Positions 1-13,291 of a DNA stretch of 64,000 nt are shown piece after piece (the stretch's first letter is position 1; each line of letters opens with the position of its first letter). This DNA is from Mytilus californianus (lineage: Eukaryota), in assembly GCF_021869535.1 (NCBI RefSeq), contig NW_026262581.1, forward strand, positions 16,678,001-16,742,000, in the 5' to 3' direction. The notes beneath the pieces are model-generated. The model did not search any database and was not told the origin of the DNA. It was given only the letters and a program-made list of their open reading frames with translations. Position numbers and translations under genes: made by a program.

Positions 1-370
1 CCAATTGTGGACTTTCCATTTCTAGGTAGCAAATTCCATCAGCTGATATATTTCTAGTCGTCGTAACCACAGGCCCGTTCTCCTGTTCCCCGAATGTGAC
101 CTACCGATCTAGACTTATCACCGGTTGTGTACTTACATGAGCAATACGACTGGTGCCACATTGTAGCATGATCTACTAACCCTTCCGGGGCACCTGAGAT
201 CACCCCTGGTTTTTTTTTTGGTAGGGTTTGTGTTGCTCAGTGTTAAGTTTTCTATGTCGTGTTTTTTTTATATTATAGCTGTTGTTTGTCTTTGTCTTTT
301 TTTGCCATGGCTTTATTGGTTTATTTTCCACTTATGAGTTTTGATGTCTGGTATTCTTCGCTTCTCCTTT
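1..370 (+). mobile_element. Fragment of an abundant interspersed repeat; the first ~40 nt look like a decayed reverse-transcriptase C-terminus (PIVDFPFL...), probably a Penelope-like-derived non-autonomous element
   Basis: 1-36 reads PIVDFPFLGSKF, resembling the IVNFPFL.SNIP motif of bivalve RT elements. It is followed by the cccttccggggcacctgagatcacccc...gccatgg...ctggtattcttcgc tail, which recurs inverted at 9942-10070. Family assignment is from memory. Confidence 0.55.
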
Positions 371-461
371 ACAAGGCATGCGTGTTTAGGGCTATGAATT
401 GACTATGACTTTATATTTTAACAATTTAAGAAGATACTTAAAATGAGAAAACAAACTAATT

Positions 462-595
462 GCCTTTTATAGCAAACTATACGGTATGAGTTTTTTCATT
501 GTTGAAGGCCATTCGATGGTCTCTAAATACTTACACCCACTTCATTTTAACTGTTGTGGATAGTTGTCTCATTGGCAATCATACCACATCTCCCT
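462..595 (-). repeat. Copy of the highly abundant dispersed repeat (gatgtggtatgattgccaatgagacaac... family)
   Basis: Shares gttgtctcattggcaatcataccacatc and cattgttgaaggcc with copies at 13598-13881, 18045-18455, 29490-29600, 37843-38000, 43492-43655 and 47868-48225. Confidence 0.75.
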
Positions 596-3500
596 TTTTT
601 ATTATGGTTACTTATTATCTTAAAACGGATCTAGGCCAGATGATAAACAAACGCCTTCTGCTTTGTATGCATCACCAGGCAGGCGAATCCAGACTTGCTA
701 TTTGTCTAATTATTTTGCCTCTTAAGTGAAACAGGTTTAAATACGGAAGCGTATTAGCGCCACATAATTGATTTTTACATCGGATGACCGTGAGGGCATT
801 CCGGTGTATTGTTGCCACAGTCATTTCCACCCACGTGACTTTCTTTTTTGACTGATAACCGAACGCAAAATAACATTCCTTATTGCTTATTATATATCAA
901 TTTCATCAATAAATATTCATGAAAATATTTTTTTAGAACATAGATAAATGATATGAAAATGTTCTGTCGTGAGAAATATATATATATATAATATATATAT
1001 ATATCAATAACAAATCAAGAATACCGAAAATTTGTGTTAACGCATGCGGAAGAATATTTCAAGAAATTTTGCGGGAAAATATGATTGCCAACTCAAGTCC
1101 AATCTATTAGAAAAATCCAATTAATACAGAAGAGTGTCCACCATGCACTTGCACTACACTATTATTTGAATAGCAAAAAAGAATGATATACAAATGGATA
1201 AAAAATTATATATACAAATATTAATAAAATATAAAACAACACTAATTTGTATCCCTTCAATATAATAATTATTACGGTGAGGTTAAATACCCTGTCATTT
1301 ATTCATCATCCACGCACAAACTTGTCTCTATATATATGTACCTTAACCTCACTTTTTTCTGAGACACGACTTTTGTGCTTGTGACTATCCACGAGAACTT
1401 GCGGTCATCCGATGTTTAGTACTTCAGTACTTTGATTTTTTATAAAAAAGAATATGTGGTATGATTGCCAATGAGAAAACTTTTCACAAGAGACCAATTT
1501 TGTCTTGAGAATTATTTTAGCTACAACAATAATATTAACATTCTTAAAAAACTACGAAATGGTACATTGAAACTTAATGTTGAAGTTGGTCGCTTCTCTG
1601 ATATACCAAGAGAAATGCTTCCATGTATGTTGTAATATGCAATGTGTTGAGAATGCATTTCATTTTGTATTGGTATGTCCAGCATATAGGGCAATTAGAA
1701 TATTTTTTTCTGCCACACTATTATTGTTCATGGCCTAATATTTTTAAACTATCTTATTTGTTGAAAGCTAATTCTAGATCGCTAACAATTAAGCTCTGTA
1801 ACTATTTGAAGAATGCATGGAAAGCTAGATCTGATATTATTGGTTAGAAATGTTATTATTGTTTTGTTCTCTGTTATCAGTCTTTCGTCACATTGTGTAT
1901 ATATTATGTATTGCCATAGCATGTTCTATATGCTTTTGCAAATAAAATATTCATTCATTCATTCAATTGACACAGAAAGTAAAAGCTATATGTCACCGTA
2001 TGGCCTACAAAAATGAGCAAAGCCCATACCGCATAGTCGACTATAAAAGGTTCTGAAATGACAAATGTAAAACAATTCAAACGACCAAAGGTAATAACGC
2101 AATCATAGGAAGAAATATAATAAAAAATATGCGGCACTAATATGCTTCCGTACAAGCACATATTGAAATACAAATATACATTTAAAAAAAATTAAAAAAA
2201 GATGAGATGTGGTATGATTGCCAATACTAATTATAAATAGAGCTTTCTTACAATTTGACGAAAGGTACGTACGCTTGACGAATCATATGTTAGACTCGTT
2301 TTAAGGGATCCTTTATTTTGACATATTTATGTACATGTAATCTTAATTGAAGCGTCATGGAACTTCGATGATGTTTCATAATAGTGTTTGCAAGCCCCCC
2401 CAAAAAAATCTCTATACTAATGTACCATTGTTTGTAAAATAAAAATACCACCAGGGGGAAGGAGATTCATAATTCTACAAAATTTCCTATATATAGGCTC
2501 GTCAGGAAAAAAAATCCTATAAACAAAAGAAAGGTCCACAATTATTAGATGAAACAAATAAACGACGTGTAAAAGAATGTTCTGATCAACTGAAGATAAT
2601 GAATACTATTATTAAAATCTGCGGAATACTAAGGCAACGACCATTAACTTTGAAATGGGGAGGGGGGGGGGGGCTAAATATTTGTTCCGTTTCACTTTTG
2701 TTTTCTGCGATCGCAAGAGTCTCATTTTTTTTTAATATATAAGAGTAATATTAATAGAAAAAAACTTCATCTTCATCGCAAAATCTTTTTTCCACAGATT
2801 TAGTTCACACTACTTCAAAACATCGCAGAATCCTTGTCTTGCAAATCACGATGATCCGCGTTGACAATTTGATGATGGCATACTCATTTAAAATAAGTGT
2901 GAATCTTGTCGTTAAATTTAGAGTATCATACTTGAATAATTTCATTAAAATGTTAATTTTGAAAACAATTCCCGCGCAAATGTGTGTAATCGTGGTAAAC
3001 AATAGTAACGTATCGGACATAAGTGTATTTGAATTTTTTTCTTTAATTCAGATATCAAAAACGTGTTTTATTTGCAATATGCTTAAATTTTTAAAAACAT
3101 TCAAGTTTAATTCAGAAAAGAATGCTGTTTTACCGGATAAAAACACAGACACTCAGCATTATCGTAGAAATGTGTAATACATGCTCCCTTTACATTCGTT
3201 CGTTCCTTTCGTCAAAATGTAAGAAAGCTCTTATGAGACAACTATCCACTAGATTCGTAAGGATGTGGTCAACAGAGTTAAGCAAAAACTATACAGTCTT
3301 GTCTGAGCACGCATTTATTTCACGGTCAAGAATAACACGTTGTCTGAAAATTCTTTTTTAATCTTAAACTTTTCAGGTAAAATATTACATCCATGTACTA
3401 TGTGATACAAAACAAGATTTAGTTTCACATATAACATGATTTACTGAAATGAGTTTATTTTGAATCAAAACGTGTTTGTTTTTTTTTTTTCACATAAGGT

Positions 3501-4259
3501 TATGTGTCGCCTTTCGTGTTTTTCATCTATTCAGTGCACATTTAAAAAAAAAAGTTCACAACAAATGGACGTTTTTAACGACCTTGACTGGCTATATAGC
3601 CCTTGCACGGTCGGCCCTAGCTTGTGCCTTTTTTGGGCATTTAATAATTTAATTTTTACCATATGGTAATTGATATAATTTAGAATGACAAAAAAGGTTA
3701 GATATAAAGTAAAATAGAGTAAAAATTTGAATAATTAAATGAATGAATAAATTGATGAATAATTTAATAAATAAATAAAAGAAAAGAATATAAAAATAAA
3801 TAAAAGAAAAATATATAAAAATAAAAAAATATAAAAATACTTTTTTTTTATAGAAAATCAAAGATAAATAAAAAATATATACGTAAAAATAAATAATTGA
3901 TAAACACGGAGCCACCAAAAGTAGGAACAGGAGGAAAGCTAGGCCAAGCAAACAGCAGTGAGCGGCAGCAACGTTGTCCTGGTACACCAGCAGCCAAGTA
4001 AAGAGCGGATAATTTTGATATGCCAAATTGTGTAAGTAAATTTAGTTGCCAAATATTTTGTGTAAACCGAAATATGCCTAAATTTGTGTATGTGAGTTTT
4101 TGCAAAAATAATTAGTTAAATGTTTTGTATGTTTAAGAAAAAGCGAAGTAAATAAAATAAAATAAAATAAATAAAAAAACAAAGGATGTATGTATAATTT
4201 TGACTGCTTTGTGCTAGCCTACCGTAGTTGCAGGACTGTATAGTGCTGGTACACTGGAA

Positions 4260-4455
4260 CAGGGGCGGATCTAGGATTTCTTGTTTAGGGGGGCGCAAAG
4301 TTTTATATTCGGCGAGCGGAGCGAGGCGAAAATTTTTTTGAGGTTAAATTATTGAAATATTCTTCTGGGTGCAATGTAGATATCTCGGAACTATTGTGTG
4401 GTAAAATTAGCGAGAAATTAAAGTTTCAAGCTGCAACCGCCTAAATCCATCCCTG
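4260..4455. mobile_element. MITE-like element with imperfect terminal inverted repeats
   Basis: The left end caggggcggatctagg matches the reverse complement of the right end cctaaatccatccctg at 13/16. A better right-end match (cctaaatccgcccctg) lies at ~6088-6103. No clean target-site duplication. Confidence 0.55.
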
Positions 4456-6370
4456 ACAACAATCTACAATCACCACAATTAACAAGAAATCTGTGAGCTT
4501 CTATTCATTGAGACTACCGCAATATATTTCCCAGAAAACGGGACTGAAGACAACAAGGATAGAGATAGACCTCAATCCGGAGTACACAAGCTGACCCTCC
4601 ATATTAAAAAAAAATCTAGCGAATGTTATGTCAATGGTTGCTGGGAACACTGGTGTTGCATTCATATTAGTCAATCGAATATCTCCAGGGGGAAAATGCA
4701 ATAATGACGCAATAGATTTGTATCCGTCCTAGTGGATCCTCCGGACCAAATATCAAGTGACTGACTGACGGATGGACGGACAGAGGTAAAACAATATGTC
4801 CCTGTCCCGAGATGAACCTCCGAGTTATGATGGCAAGGTTTCCTACAACATGGAAAAATCTACAACAACCTCCTTACACCCCTAACTTACGCACTAAGGG
4901 ATTCATATTGCATATATGAGTTTATAAAGCTACAGTTATAAAGCTGCAGCCCCAAAAACAGAAGCTGAAGATCATGCGAACATTTTATTTTGATTCTGTG
5001 TTCCTATGCAAACCAATCTACAATCAAGACACAAGCACTTGTTGTAAAATTATCTATTTAGCAATATCAGGTAATATCTTAACTTAACCTTGAAAGACAT
5101 GGTGCTGGTATTTGTGACATAAAGAAATACAGGAATACCACCAAAAAAAAATTAACCCTTGTTTTGCACATCGTCAATGTGTCTTAGCCAATTGTACATG
5201 GTTTCAATAATGTGAAATGAAACCGGTTAACTTAAGAATTACTTTAACACTCCATAACACCAGCCCTGCCAAACATCAGACGATGGAAATGTGAAGAGTT
5301 GACAGATAGACGTGCGGACCGACGGACACAAAGTGAGACGAGACAGATCACATTAGCTCACCTGACCAATACCAGTATTAGATTTTGCAAACGAAAATTT
5401 CTACTTTTACCAGCGATTTTTAATTGTCCTTTCATAATATCTGTTTTCCCTTTTTTTATTTTCGGAGATCGTGCCAGACTTTATATATACTGTGTTCGCC
5501 ACAAACCACTAAAATCAAAATGAGATGCATTTACGAAGTTATGTTTATTTTCTGGGGATCCCATGCATGTAATACGGTACATAATTCGGCAAAATATTTA
5601 GGTTGCAAGTGAGAAATATATATAGTCACAGAGATACAAATTAATAAACTAACCTTTCGCTTGAAACAGTATTTCTATCTTTCATTAAGGATATTAAGAA
5701 AGAATCTCACCTGGACTGTTTTCTTGGCCGTGATGAAATTGTGAAAGTGAGTAAGGGATGTTTTGGAACTTCGATTATCAAAGAAATTAATATATAAAAA
5801 CCGCAAATACAATTTAACAATTGTTTTTACTTTAACTGCTAAAACCCTATTATATTTGTCATCAAACGCAGCTCCGCGTTTGACACCTTCCTTTGAAGTA
5901 TACAATATTTATAGAACTTAAATAAATCGTCAGTTGATTAGTAATCACGTTGATTTTGTTAAACTGACTGTTTTATATACTTTGAATGTTAAAAAAGATG
6001 GAATGGTCTCTTCTGATACTTAAATAATTTGAAGATAACCCATGTTTTGCAAATTTTAGGGAGGGGCGCACGCCCGCCACGTCCCCGCCTAAATCCGCCC
6101 CTGTTGGAACGCTATCTACAGGAAGGCAACGCCCCACGCTAATTAAAGCTGGGCTAACACAAACCAGATCTTGCGAAGTACCATTTTTTAAGTCTTCGAT
6201 TTGACTTGCGGCTTAATGATATCATAGGAACAATTTATATATAAGGACCAAATTAAAGTTAAACCATTTTGACAGACATATTTCCTTTTTTTTTTCTTAT
6301 GGTTTCCTCCTATTAATAATACAACGGATATTTTCTTAGAATTTGCCGTTAAATTGAATTTGATCGCTTG

Positions 6371-6699
6371 TTATAGTTAAGTTTTTGTGTTTTGGTCTGT
6401 ATTTACTTTACTGTATGCAATAGGTCTACTATATTTGGTGTATGGAATGATTTAAGGTGTACATGTCTAGCATGTAGTTCTTTGCTGAGTGTTAAGATTT
6501 TGTATTTTGGTCTGTTTTTCTTAAACTATAAGCAATTGGTCAACTAGATTTGTTGTATGGAAGGATTGTAAGCTGTACATATCTGCCTGGCATGGTTCAT
6601 CTGACCTTGACCTCATGTTCATGGTTCATTGGTCAATGTTTAGTTTTCTTGGTTAAGACTGTTTCTTAGAAACTATAAGCAATAGGTCAACTATATTTC
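6371..6699 (+). repeat. Fragment (~2 monomers) of the ~148-bp satellite carried by the HINE-like element at 26198-27410
   Basis: Near-identical gtttttgtgttttggtctg...catctgaccttgacctcat...catggttca blocks. Confidence 0.8.
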
Positions 6700-6760
6700 A
6701 ATGTCTCTTCAGTGATTCTCAAGGCCAAAATAAAATTGAAAATCCAAAGCTTATTAAAGA
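6700..6760 (-). mobile_element. Truncated fragment of the retrozyme-like repeat (half hammerhead only)
   Basis: atgtctcttcagtgattctcaaggccaaaata matches 14951-14982. The GAAA, stem III and cleavage-site half is missing. Confidence 0.65.
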
Positions 6761-8206
6761 CAAATCCCTCTATTGTTTATGCGCACATACAAGCGCAACA
6801 GTACTATGCCGTCAGCGGTTTATGACGTCGCGGTTTCCGCGAACTGGAAACGTATATGAGAGTTATTCCTCTTTGAGCCGAAGGAGAAGGTGACAATCGT
6901 TTTGATTTGCCGAGAAGAAAATCAAATTGTTTTTATAAATATAATAGATGTGTTCCTGAATTGGATATATAAATAAATTATGTGTATATTAATGTGAATT
7001 TAATGTAACTGAAACAAACAGCAAAACAGCAAATAATAAAAAAAATGGATAAAAAGAGAGTCAACTATATATATCTATATATATATGAAGCAATCTAACA
7101 ACAAAAAAACACACAAAAACGACTGTCAAGAAACGAAACCGAATCTGGATACTCGACAACAAGATGAGCCAATCAAATTATGATATACTAATAGTCTTAA
7201 TTTCCTACATGTATGGACTGATCTGTTCTTTAGAGTCAATCTCTTTAGTAGGTTTTTAATTGTTTTTATATTTCCACAAATCATTACGAAAGTACGAAAA
7301 TCATCAATCATGTCATCAAAATTCAATGTATCTATAGCAATAGGTACATTACGTACCTATATATTGATATTGCAAATTGCACTGACGTCTTTTGAATGTG
7401 TATGGCGCTTACATTTTTACACGAGTATAATAATAGATTTCGGATAAACGCCAACAAAACAGTAACCCAACGACGCATACGTGTAAAATAAAGTACTTCT
7501 AAAGAAGTCAACATAATTATGCGCAACTAACATTGTAGGTTCTTTTAATTGACCATTCTGTTCCGATTTGCTAAGTTTGAACGCCTGTGAATTTGAACTA
7601 GCAGGTACTAGGTGCGCAATTTTTGTATTAAAAAACATAATCGTGTCTGGGGTTAAAAGTTGTCGGAATGAAGATTTAAAGAGGAATGCATATGAAAAAA
7701 ACCCAATTAACAAGAGTTGATTTGAGAAAAGAGGCCGGACTAAGTTCCATTCATAATCACGGTATGACAGCTGTATGAGCATACTCAGATTGAAGTTCTA
7801 TAGCAAAATTACGGAATATTTCGATACTTGTGATTAATTCATAAATGCCTATGGATGAATGATCAAAACAGAAATTATTTTAATTAGACCCCGTTAACGC
7901 TTGCACGGAATTGAATCGACCTTTGATGAGCATCTCTCGTTTACGATCTTTTTAGAACTATAGTGCGTTTACATTTAGTATACATTGCAATATTAAAATA
8001 ATCGGTCTAACCATTTCGTTAACAAAAAATCGTAGAAAATAGAATAAGGAAATATTTGGTTAATTATATAAGTATCTGCATTTATTAATTATCTTTTTGA
8101 TTAACATGTCACAAGTCCTTAAACGAAAAAATGTCAGAATAATATTACTTATAACGGTCATTTCGTTTGAAGATGAGGAATTTGCAGAAAATAAATAAAA
8201 AATATT

Positions 8207-8360
8207 TAAGGAATGACTGTAATATTTTTTCTGTCTATGAAGAAATAACATAAAAAATGTGGTGCACACTGAATAACCCGCGTAGCGGGTTATGTAAAGT
8301 GTGCACCACATTTTTTATGTTATTTCGAATAGACAGAAAAAATATTACAGTCATTTCTTA
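8207..8360. repeat. Long near-perfect palindrome (~75-bp arms, 3-nt loop) inside a dispersed repeat
   Basis: The arm aaggaatgactgtaatatttttt...ggtgcacactgaataacccgc is followed by the loop gta (8282-8284) and the mirrored arm gcgggttat...tcatttctt, with few mismatches. Confidence 0.85.
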
Positions 8361-9941
8361 TAATTTAATTCTTAATTCCATTTTAAACCGGAGTAAATCA
8401 TGAAAAAACGTTGATGACGTCAAGGTCACATGACAAAATTATGTCTATGAGCTGATAAACAAAACAACGTCAGCCAATCGGAAGACGCGTTACATCCAAA
8501 ATTAAATTATAAATGAATAACTAAAATTGAAAAGATATTTTTTTTAAAAGGTGCACCTATTAACACACGTATTATAAGCGAATAAGGAACGAATAAGTAA
8601 CAGGGCATCAGTCGAGCACTGAAACGAGTATTCACACCTTAACCCTTTCGGCGCCAAAACGACATTTTTGTCGTTTACCGCTAGCACGCCAAAACGACAT
8701 TTTTGTCGCTTTTTAGGAGAACCCACAATCCATTAAAAACGTATGTAAAAATCATCATTTTACTGCCGAAACCATAATAGGTTTGAAGAAAAATAACTGA
8801 ATTTGTTCTGTTATACAAGAATAACCTTCAAAGTCCCAAAAATATATCGAATTTTCGTGGTTGAAAACAATTTCATTTAGAGGTATCGTGCAAATATTTA
8901 CACAAGCTATACTCCAATTATAAACTTTGTATGCCTTTATTTATCGAATTTACTTAGTGAAATTAGTTCAAATGGTTGACTGTGAAAAAAAACCAATTGT
9001 TATTTTATTTTTAAGTTGTAACGTTTATCCGAATGACGTCATCAAAACTGGTGCTGTATGTGACGTTTATGCGTATAAAAGTTGCAGGTACTTGAAATTA
9101 CTGGTAACGTTTTGCAGTAAAACCATATGAGTTTCTACCGATTTTCACAATGTGAAGTGTTACAGACTGCATATCTTTCGATATCGTTTCTGTATATATA
9201 TTCAATAAAAACTATTTGTTCAAATTTATAAGGCCGGCAGATAAAGTCGGTCGAAATCAGTTATATCTATTTTTGTATGCACTATTTTACCCAACATATT
9301 TCTTGAGAAACTTACCCATTTGCTGTTGGTGTAGACATTTTTTGACTTCATTAGTTTTAGAAATACCAAAATATTAAAGTTAATTATAAATTCGACAATG
9401 TCTTTTAAAATAATTTCTGCGAAGAGCCAATCATGCCCTGAATTTTTTATTCATCATTCTAATACTTGATCATGGCATACAATTTTCATACTCCGCCTTA
9501 ATTGTTCATGCGTCCCACTTTGTTTTCAAAAACATGTTCTATTTTTAGATAAGATCGTGTTTTGAATAATCTATCTTTTATTAATTTATTTACTTTTTGT
9601 CTTTTGTCAGTGTGTTAGGTTTTTTTTGGTGCTTGGTCCAATTTTTACAAGTCAAAATCTTTTCAAATGTTTTTTGCTACCGTATTTGTTCTAATGATAT
9701 ACGGGTACACGACACAGACAGTTCAAGTTTAGAAAAGGGGATCAGTGCTTACAAAAATATACTGAGCTTTTCCAAAGCCAAAGCCAGAAAGAATCCTTTG
9801 GCCAAGTGGTTGGCGTTATCACCCTTTATTTGTCATGTTTGGTTTTTTTTTATCCTTCAATGCTAAAAGCTTAAAATGTCGTAAACTTTCTCATTTAAAT
9901 TGTTTCACATTGAATTACATGATGGACAGTCTTGCATACAT

Positions 9942-10070
9942 AAAAGAGAGGCAAAAGATACCAAAGGGATAGTCAAACTTATGAATCGAAATCACACTGA
10001 CAATGCCATTGCAAAACACGAAAACCAACTAAAAAGACTGAACATCACGAACCCAACCAAAAACTGGGGA
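9942..10070 (-). repeat. Inverted fragment of the family at 1-370
   Basis: aaaagagaggcaaaagataccaaaggg...gacaatgccat...aaaaactgggg is the reverse complement of the 190-370 segment type. Confidence 0.6.
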
Positions 10071-11865
10071 AATCATATATCCCAAACTATTGTTGAAGGC
10101 AACTAAGACGACCCGTAGCGTACAGTCTTGTCCTGATGTCTTTAGTGGCTATTGGTGTCTCAGTTGTAACCATACCAAATATCCTGACTTTCATATTATA
10201 ACGGACTCTTTCCAAATAATACTGGTGCAAAAGAAAATTCTGAATTGTTTATTTTTCACAACCAAAATTGTTTAACAGTAGCTAAAGAAAAACAATATAT
10301 AAACACGGACGGCAGTGCTTGATTCTATGCAAAAGTTAAACTGATACTAATATTGAAAATTCAAATCCAACACACAACATTGATATACGAACTTGTTTTT
10401 ATACATAATTTTTTAACAGCATGTAGAGTTTTTCAGTTCATCTGATCCATTAAAACTATTAAACTTTTGTCAGCATTTTGAATCGTTTTTTTTTGTTTTT
10501 GTTTTTTTTTGTTTTGTAAGGAGGAAAAATTAAACAAGACTCTAATCTAACTACTTCGTATGACTATATATGAAAAAGATTAAGATATATTCAATAGAGC
10601 TAAGGAAAAGAGATACTAGTATATCAAAATATAATGAGGCCTTTCTTGTCATTCCGAGACCACAGTGTTGTAAGAAATGTTTCCGTTTGGCTTTAAAAAA
10701 ATCCAAATCTCGAGGGAGCGACCATTCGCTGCGCCATGTCCTCATCGTGATCATCTAGTCCAATAGTTTATTTTTAAATTTTATGTGAAAAGCTTTCCTT
10801 TTTGTTGGAACCTGAATATTGCATATAACAAAGCATTTTTTACAGTTTTAAGAACATACAAGAAAGGGTTGATTAATTCATGTAATTTGAAAATGTCCAT
10901 TCTTGTAAAGAGTTTATTTCAAATTTTTCGACTGGAAAATAAAAGGTCGACGTCTAAAATTGTCTATTCTTCACACAATCTAACTTTATCGTTATAGAAT
11001 GGATGGGATATGAGAACTATTTCAACCCGGCACCATTTATCTGTGTCAGTCAACGGCGGTTGATTTCACTCATGTCAGAGTTGATTTATTGTCCCAGTCG
11101 TTGTTTTCGTTAATATTTGAGTGTTTCTTTTATTGTCCAAGCAGTTGTGTATTTTAGGAAATGAATAATGAAGCCAAATTTTAGTAATCTCTGATAATTT
11201 ATTCACAGACTATGTATACTTTATCCTTTTAATGTTTGAAATATTGTATAATGTCCGACTATCTTTTAAGACTTAAGTTGACCTCTATATATCTTTGTTA
11301 ATTGTTTGAGTCCTGGAGTTAAAGTCTCATTTATATCGAATCCGCATCTCTGTTAAAAGTTGGAGAAGGTTTTGTGAAGAAACCAGATTGCGATTATGTT
11401 TGTGCATGTAACAATCTAATTCAAAAACTTAAAGAATTAACCACAGACAAAAGGAAAGTACGTCGTCCGTAATTTATAATGTTTGGGTTAAACTATTGGT
11501 ACCAACGTTTACCTCTTTTATTTCGTATTTCAAACTAACCATGTAATTGTTTTGAAAAATAGAAACAATATCATAAAGTAGCATGAGTAGGAAGCAATGA
11601 AAAAAAATGGTTACAGCATTTGGGACCATATCGATTTTACCGAAATTCCTAAACGAACTCTTGCTGAAAGGGTCAAGACAGTTTGGACCACAGATACACA
11701 TTAAATTAAGACATTAAATGTTCCATAAAAAGTACAGATTTAGCGAAATTAATGGAACTTCGAATGCCTTTGACATGTAAAATATTGACTTGAGTACCAA
11801 AAAAAAAAAACCGATCAGTTAAGCCTATATAAAAAAAGCAAAATTGATGCTAAAAGTTCACAACT

Positions 11866-12509
11866 ACTAGCAGTCAGTAATTTTTATTTACTTGAAGAAG
11901 TAATATTAATATACTTATATAAGTAAATTTGTAGGAAACTTATACTAGTGTATTTTGTTTACTTGTATAGGTAAAAAAAATTGGCTTAGTTATGTCCCTT
12001 AGACATTCAGATTTTTTTACTTATATAAGTGAAAAAGTCATCCTATCTTCTTTTCTAGAATTCTTAGGACTTCTTTGCTCTAATAGAATTTTAAATTGTC
12101 AGTCCTTTGCAGATGTCTTAACTTATCATTTAAGTGTAATTTCATGGACAATGACAATCTCATTTGTCTGTTATCTTCAGAACACTGCTCATTTACAAGC
12201 CCCCAAGGAGCAATGTTTGAAGGCCTTGCGCAAATATTTAAGATCTTTGCGCAATCAGTTTCTTTGTTGAATTAATGAGATGAAACATTGAACTCTAATA
12301 AGCTAACCTGGGAAAAATCATTAAAGGCATGTTTTTACATCTCAAAACTTGAGAATTTTTGTGGGATTTAAAAAAAATTTACAAGTGAATTTTTGAGAAA
12401 ATTAAGGGAAGATTATTCAAACATTATAATTAACTTATATAAGTATATTTTATTTACTTCTTCAAGTAAATAAAGATTACTTGTACAAGAAGTACCCCTG
12501 ACTGACTAG
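11866..12509. mobile_element. MITE-like element nested in the piggyBac-like element
   Basis: ~48-bp inverted repeat (11877-11924 vs 12433-12480), plus outer ctagcagtcag / ctgactgactag ends. Confidence 0.6.
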
Positions 12510-13291
12510 TTTAATCAGACAAGTGACATTTCTCAAAACCAAATCGGCAAAAGTAAACTTATTTCAGATTATACATTATCAGAAAAAAGATAAGAGTTGT
12601 GAAATATCATGAAATATTTGCCGCTGAACGCAGTTGTCATTCGATTTATTGATCAATCAGTTAAGACTTTATGGTTAAATCATAAGTCATTACAATGCTA
12701 TATACTAGTATCCCGATTTTTGTGGTGATGTATAGTACTAAGTGTTTAGTCGGACTCTTCATCGACGGTGCTTTAGAAAAAAAAAACAGACCTATGTCAC
12801 AACTATGAAGAAGCTGAGAACACTGCTCGTCTTTTGAATCCCTCGTATTAATATAAAATCTTGCATGCTTCTTTATATAAAAATACAGTGATTGAACTAT
12901 ATTTTCTTCAACATATCTTTATTGTTTGTAATATTTATCATATTATAAAAACCTTCATTTATTTCCATATTGTCGTGTTTTTTTTATAGTATTCTAGAAA
13001 AAAAATAGATATGTAATAAATTAATTTCGATTTCCAACCCAAAAATTTAAAAAATCACAGAATATACGCAAGGTCCGCTACGTGTACTAAAGTTTAAAGA
13101 TTAATCCCGAGGATGATGGAAATTTACCCGAATGTATGATATGTCAAATTAATCAATTAACGAGGATAACGTGCATGTGCTTGTCTATGTAAATGTGTTG
13201 ACGTTACGTTACGTATCGTTTTTAGTAACGTCATTCAAATATGTATGGCAACGTAACAATGTGAAAAAACAACGTCTCGGCGCTCAAAGGG

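Larger units (their letters stand above)
8643..13291. mobile_element. piggyBac-like DNA transposon, 4649 bp, non-autonomous or decayed
   Basis: TTAA at 8639-8642 and 13292-13295, with CCC...GGG termini. TIRs match at 15/19 (ccctttcggcgccaaaacg vs ccctttgagcgccgagacg). Subterminal direct repeats gccaaaacgacatttttgtcg occur twice. Removing the element restores a monomer junction of the flanking ~150-bp repeat. No transposase motif recognised. Confidence 0.75.

Noticed and set aside
4260-6103. One 1.8-kb composite element bounded by caggggcggat...atccgcccctg
   Set aside because: The flanks share tggaac only out of register, so there is no valid TSD, and a nearer right end exists at 4455.
7417-7782. 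121-aa minus-strand ORF
   Set aside because: No recognisable domain or splice context, and composition is typical of random AT-rich ORFs.
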